From contig CBDATS010000004.1 of the NCBI GenBank assembly GCA_965200245.1, positions 1,476,791-1,540,790 on the forward strand: a stretch of DNA of 64,000 nucleotides, read 5' to 3'. The position numbers and the translations under genes were made by a program. The stretch comes from a bacterium. Lineage in GTDB: Bacteria; UBA8248. The notes below the pieces were generated by a model. It did no database searches. It was not told where the DNA came from and worked only from the letters and a program-made list of their open reading frames with translations. Below, in pieces: positions 60,199 through 64,000 of this stretch (position 1 is its first letter; each line of letters opens with the position of its first letter).

Positions 60199-60918
60199 TT
60201 GTCCAAAATCGTATCGAGTTCCATAGAGGCCGTTTTAGACATCCCAGGAGGCTCGTCGATTCTTATCGGCGGATTCGGAATATGCGGAATGGCGCATAAT
60301 TTATGTAAGGCGATTAGCCAGCGAAAAGATGTCGGTGATTTCCATCTGGTGTCGAATGCGGGAGGAATGGACGGTTGGGGTGTGGGCTTGATGTTCGAAA
60401 ACAGGCAAATTCGCTCTATCATTGCCAGTCGTGTAGGTCCGGCTTGTAAGGCTTATGAAGAGCAAGCTTTAAAGGGGGAAATCGATGTCGAGCTCTCTCC
60501 TCAGGGGACATTTACGGAACGAATTCGAGCGGGCGGGGCAGGCATCGGTGGTTTCTTCACCCCAACGGGGGCAGGTACCATAGTGGCCGAGGGGAAAGAG
60601 ACGAGAATTATAGAGGGTCAAGAATATATTTTTGAAGAACCCATCCGAGCGGATTATGCTTTAATCAAGGCTTGGAAGGGGGATGAACATGGAAATTTGG
60701 TATACAGGATGAGTGCTCAGAACTTTAACCCCGTGATGGCCACTGCTGCCGAAGTGACGATCGCCGAAGTAGAGGAAATTGTTCCCGTGGGTGATATCGT
60801 CCCAGAAAATGTGCATACACCCGGGATTTTTGTGCAGCGTGTGGTTTTGGGCGAAGATGTTGAAAAACCCATTGAAATCATGACGAATCGGCCCCGAAGT
60901 GGTTTTGGGGGGAGTTGA
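60199..60918 (+). CDS. scoA: 3-oxoacid CoA-transferase subunit A
   Basis: [37 protein letters not shown] and HTPGIFV. Confidence 0.93.
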   Translation: MSKIVSSSIEAVLDIPGGSSILIGGFGICGMAHNLCKAISQRKDVGDFHLVSNAGGMDGWGVGLMFENRQIRSIIASRVGPACKAYEEQALKGEIDVELSPQGTFTERIRAGGAGIGGFFTPTGAGTIVAEGKETRIIEGQEYIFEEPIRADYALIKAWKGDEHGNLVYRMSAQNFNPVMATAAEVTIAEVEEIVPVGDIVPENVHTPGIFVQRVVLGEDVEKPIEIMTNRPRSGFGGS

Positions 60919-60919
60919 A

Positions 60920-61582
60920 TTGCCATTAAGCAGACACGATATTGCCAGACGGGCTGCGAAGGAAGTGCCTCGAGGGGGGTACGTCAATCTCGGGCTTGGC
61001 ATACCTACCTTGGTGAGTAATTACATTCCCGAGGAATACGGCGTGACCATCCACTCAGAAAACGGTGTGTTGGGCGTAGGCCCGTTTCCATTCGAAGGAG
61101 ATGAAGACCCCGATCTGTTGAACGCCAGCAAAGAAACCGTGACGCTAATGCCGGGTGGTTCATATTTCGACAGCGCCACGTCATTCTCCATGGTCAGGGG
61201 CGGGCATATAGACGTCACCATACTCGGTGCCATGGAAGTCGCCGGGAATGGCGATCTGGCGAATTGGGCAATTCCCGGCAGAATGATATCCGGCATGGGA
61301 GGTGCGATGGATTTAGTCGTTGGCGCCCGAAAGGTTATCCTTACCATGGAACATGTTTCAAAACGAGGTGCGCCCAAGATTGTAAAGGCATGCACTCTGC
61401 CTTTAACAGGCAGAGGAGTGGTGGATGTCATCATCACAGATCTTGCGCTTATTTCGGTGGAGACTGACGGGCTACTGTTGCGTGAACTCGCTCCTGGTGT
61501 GTGTGAAAGCGAGGTGCGGGAAAAAACCGGGGTGCCTTTCCGGGTGGCTCCTGATTTGTGCGAGATGTTCGCGGTTATTTGA
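60920..61582 (+). CDS. scoB: 3-oxoacid CoA-transferase subunit B
   Basis: [14 protein letters not shown] (catalytic Glu), [14 protein letters not shown] and CTLPLTG. Confidence 0.93.
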   Translation: MPLSRHDIARRAAKEVPRGGYVNLGLGIPTLVSNYIPEEYGVTIHSENGVLGVGPFPFEGDEDPDLLNASKETVTLMPGGSYFDSATSFSMVRGGHIDVTILGAMEVAGNGDLANWAIPGRMISGMGGAMDLVVGARKVILTMEHVSKRGAPKIVKACTLPLTGRGVVDVIITDLALISVETDGLLLRELAPGVCESEVREKTGVPFRVAPDLCEMFAVI

Positions 61583-61590
61583 AGCTCATC

Positions 61591-62508
61591 ATGATCGATC
61601 TCGAAAAATATACACCGGAATATTGGGGGTTGATGCGGCAACATGCCTATCGGCTCACAGGCAATATTTTGGATGCGGATGATATCGTTCAAGATACGAT
61701 GTTACGAGCCATTGAAATGGGCCCGGCCTTGGAGAAAGTCGAAAATCATCCTGAATGGTTTTATACGACATGCACGGAAGCAGCCCTTTCTCGATTGCGA
61801 GAGAAACCCCCTTTGGAGTTGAATGAATTTGATCTTCCCGACTTGATACAAACGAAGGGTTCGTGTGCCAATGGCGAGATCAAATCGATAGAAGCGAGTG
61901 GCGTATGGCCGAGCGTTTCGCTTGAGTTTTTGTTCCCTCTCCAGTACATGACGCCCGAACAGCGTGTGGTTGTCGTACTCAGAGACGGGGTAGAGGATGG
62001 TGATCGAATTGCGGCATCCTCACTCGGAATGAAGATTCAAGAGGTTTTCGAAATTGCAGACGATGCGGATAAAAAACGAGTGCAAATTCGAAAACTCTGG
62101 AAAGGAAATCTATTCTTCGCCTCTACCAAGGATTTGGCGAAAACTGCACGGGTAATCGAGCGATTCGTGGAAGCGCTCGGTTTTCGGGACAAGGTTTTAT
62201 TGCAAGGTTTGATGTCACCGGATGTAGAGCTTATTGTCCGTGACGAAAGGAGAACGGGTGATGATTTTGTAGCTGTTGCTTGTACGGAACTTCTTGGCCA
62301 AATGGGTGGAAAGCTGACGTTCAGTCCAGTTTGGCTCAACGGTTGCCATGGCGTACTTATCTGGACATGGCGGACAAGAAGAAATGAATGGCTGAGATGT
62401 GGTGCCATCACGGTTTTGAGTGATGATTCGGATATAAAGGCCATGAAGTGGTATTTGGATGGCCATCTTCTACGAGCAATTCAGGTCGAATCGCCCCGAG
62501 TTTCTTGA
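61591..62508 (+). CDS. ECF sigma factor with C-terminal SnoaL-like domain (ECF41/SigJ-like), divergent
   Basis: AYRLTG...DADDIVQD, LQYMTPEQRVVVVLRD; C-terminal IERFVEAL...L..LMSPDV...LNGCHG. Confidence 0.7.
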   Translation: MIDLEKYTPEYWGLMRQHAYRLTGNILDADDIVQDTMLRAIEMGPALEKVENHPEWFYTTCTEAALSRLREKPPLELNEFDLPDLIQTKGSCANGEIKSIEASGVWPSVSLEFLFPLQYMTPEQRVVVVLRDGVEDGDRIAASSLGMKIQEVFEIADDADKKRVQIRKLWKGNLFFASTKDLAKTARVIERFVEALGFRDKVLLQGLMSPDVELIVRDERRTGDDFVAVACTELLGQMGGKLTFSPVWLNGCHGVLIWTWRTRRNEWLRCGAITVLSDDSDIKAMKWYLDGHLLRAIQVESPRVS

Positions 62509-62611
62509 ATTTTCACATTGGAACAACGGAAGTCTTTTTGTGAATTATATGGTTGACTTGGCAGATATACGTTTTCCCTTCCCGAACATGATTTTTTCAC
62601 ATTTTCACGAT

Positions 62612-62854
62612 TTACCCCCACCTATCCATATCCTTTTCAAGAATCACGTAGGCGGATCGTCTGCTATGGAATGATTCGTATCTGCTGCGGAGTACACGGC
62701 CGATCTTCTCGACTACCCCCGTCGATTCCTGGGTCTCATGGTCCAGAAACTCCACTTCATCGCCCACCTGCGGACGTATGCCCCTGAATGGGCGGAAAGG
62801 TATATAGACAACTCTATCCGCGAAAGGTACAAATTCCGTCTGCCATCTTCTCAT
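62612..62854 (-). CDS. Small hypothetical protein (phage-like context)
   Basis: 80-aa ORF (MRRWQTEF...RPQVGDEVEF...GVVEKI) with a GGGAG RBS. Confidence 0.5.
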   Translation of the reverse strand: MRRWQTEFVPFADRVVYIPFRPFRGIRPQVGDEVEFLDHETQESTGVVEKIGRVLRSRYESFHSRRSAYVILEKDMDRWG

Positions 62855-63827
62855 ACTTATCTCCCATACCAATCATCGTCATCATCTTCGTATGGTTCCA
62901 GACACCATCTTCCCCAATAATAGCCAGGATTCTTTTTTTTTGCATTTCTTCCAATGTCTTTCCGCTGTTGAAATGTCTTTGATATGATATCCTTTCCGAT
63001 ATAGTATCAAACCAGCTGAGCATCGGGATTTCGCGCACTTCACTGAATTGGAAGAACCTGTTCCTTATCCTGGTATATCCGCCCGTGAGTTTCTGCATCA
63101 CTTCTAGGACCTTGCTTTTCCTGCCTTTCTTTTCCATTTCGCTGGTTTCTGGGTCTATTTCAAAAACATAATCGTCATACAGGGGCAGGAACAGTACTCC
63201 GTCTTGGTCATATCTCTTACCAAAGTATATCAGGTCTTCTTTCAGCCGCTCGCCATCGCCATGCGGGTCATCTATATCGGCCACAAATGCAGACTCTTCC
63301 TTTACCCATTTCCCCAGTTCGCCTTTGTTTTTGCATCTCTCTTCATCATCCAGATCGTAATACTTGTGTTCATCTCCTTCCCTGTATGTCTCGCAATACC
63401 CGCCGCCTACCTTGGTGACGCTGTAATGTCTGTTGAGCGCGGCCCGGAGTTCCCTGTTTCTTTCCCGGTTCTTTTTCAGGCCGTATCTATCTTTGAACGC
63501 CGATATGACCCCACAATGATACCTCTGCCACTTGCTCTTGAGTCTCTTGAAGTTGCTTTCGGTCATCAGTTCTTCATATTCATATTCCTCTTCGCCGGCG
63601 AGCATATCCATGTGGTCGTGCCATCGATCAAAGGCTTCGCCCTCGATTATATCCACGGCATTCTCCATTCTGACGGGGTTGATGTGTATCCCCGATTCAA
63701 GTATCCAGCCTTTATACAGTCCGCCAATTCTGCGGGTATAATCGCTTGCGTTTTCGCCATTGCGGATAATCGGAAACCCGTCTGCGGCTTCCAGAAACAT
63801 TTCCAACATTTTTCGATGGCCTGGCAT
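62814..63827 (-). CDS. Phage-like hypothetical protein, probably frameshifted near the C-terminus
   Basis: Lower GC; ESNFKRL...CGVISAF...NRERNRELRAAL...VTKVGGGYCE...EESAFV...GKRYDQDGVLF resembles a protein pattern seen in large myophages. An alternative frame after the T9 run ends at 62857. Confidence 0.55.
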   Translation of the reverse strand: MPGHRKMLEMFLEAADGFPIIRNGENASDYTRRIGGLYKGWILESGIHINPVRMENAVDIIEGEAFDRWHDHMDMLAGEEEYEYEELMTESNFKRLKSKWQRYHCGVISAFKDRYGLKKNRERNRELRAALNRHYSVTKVGGGYCETYREGDEHKYYDLDDEERCKNKGELGKWVKEESAFVADIDDPHGDGERLKEDLIYFGKRYDQDGVLFLPLYDDYVFEIDPETSEMEKKGRKSKVLEVMQKLTGGYTRIRNRFFQFSEVREIPMLSWFDTISERISYQRHFNSGKTLEEMQKKRILAIIGEDGVWNHTKMMTMIGMGDKYEKMADGICTFRG

Positions 63828-64000
63828 GTCTGATTTTCCCTTTATATATCAAACTTTATTTATCCAAATATACATTGCCAAGTTAATCATATAATTCCCG
63901 TCTTTTTTATCGGCAGGTAATTTTGTGGGATTTGCATCGGTGATAGCGTTCATGTTGGTTTGTTCCGAGCGCTTCGTAAATGTGGCACCCCACTGGAATT

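Overview
A GC-rich, gene-dense chromosomal segment from a diderm bacterium: it has a complete Tol-Pal operon, and TAG, TAA and TGA are all used as normal stops. Lineage cannot be fixed from the sequence alone. From left to right: a partial glyA; a DUF3151-like gene; a tungsten/molybdenum aldehyde:ferredoxin oxidoreductase operon (FeS, FAD, AOR, MoaD-like); three EamA transporters and small enzymes; a degenerate histidine-kinase-like gene; two CNNM/CBS proteins; galU-ligA; cpoB-pal-tolBARQ; a peptidoglycan-recycling cluster (slt, anmK, nagA, D-aminoacylase, two M20 hydrolases); a signal-less DctP; a K+ channel gene with two in-frame TAGs; bioD/tusA; fba-fbp; a decaying peptide-ABC cluster; a UGA-recoded GrdB/PrdB-family selenoprotein with a SECIS-like hairpin next to a cysteine dioxygenase; a more AT-rich block (APC-USP transporter, scoAB, degenerate ECF sigma); and a phage-like gene at the right edge. 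The most notable finding is a ~680-bp cassette (40844-41520) bounded by ~52-bp imperfect inverted repeats. Its only cargo is an orphan NHLP-leader RiPP precursor, which makes it a candidate mobile or invertible precursor cassette. Several single-base indels could be assembly errors rather than biology. All family assignments come from motif recognition by eye, not database searches.
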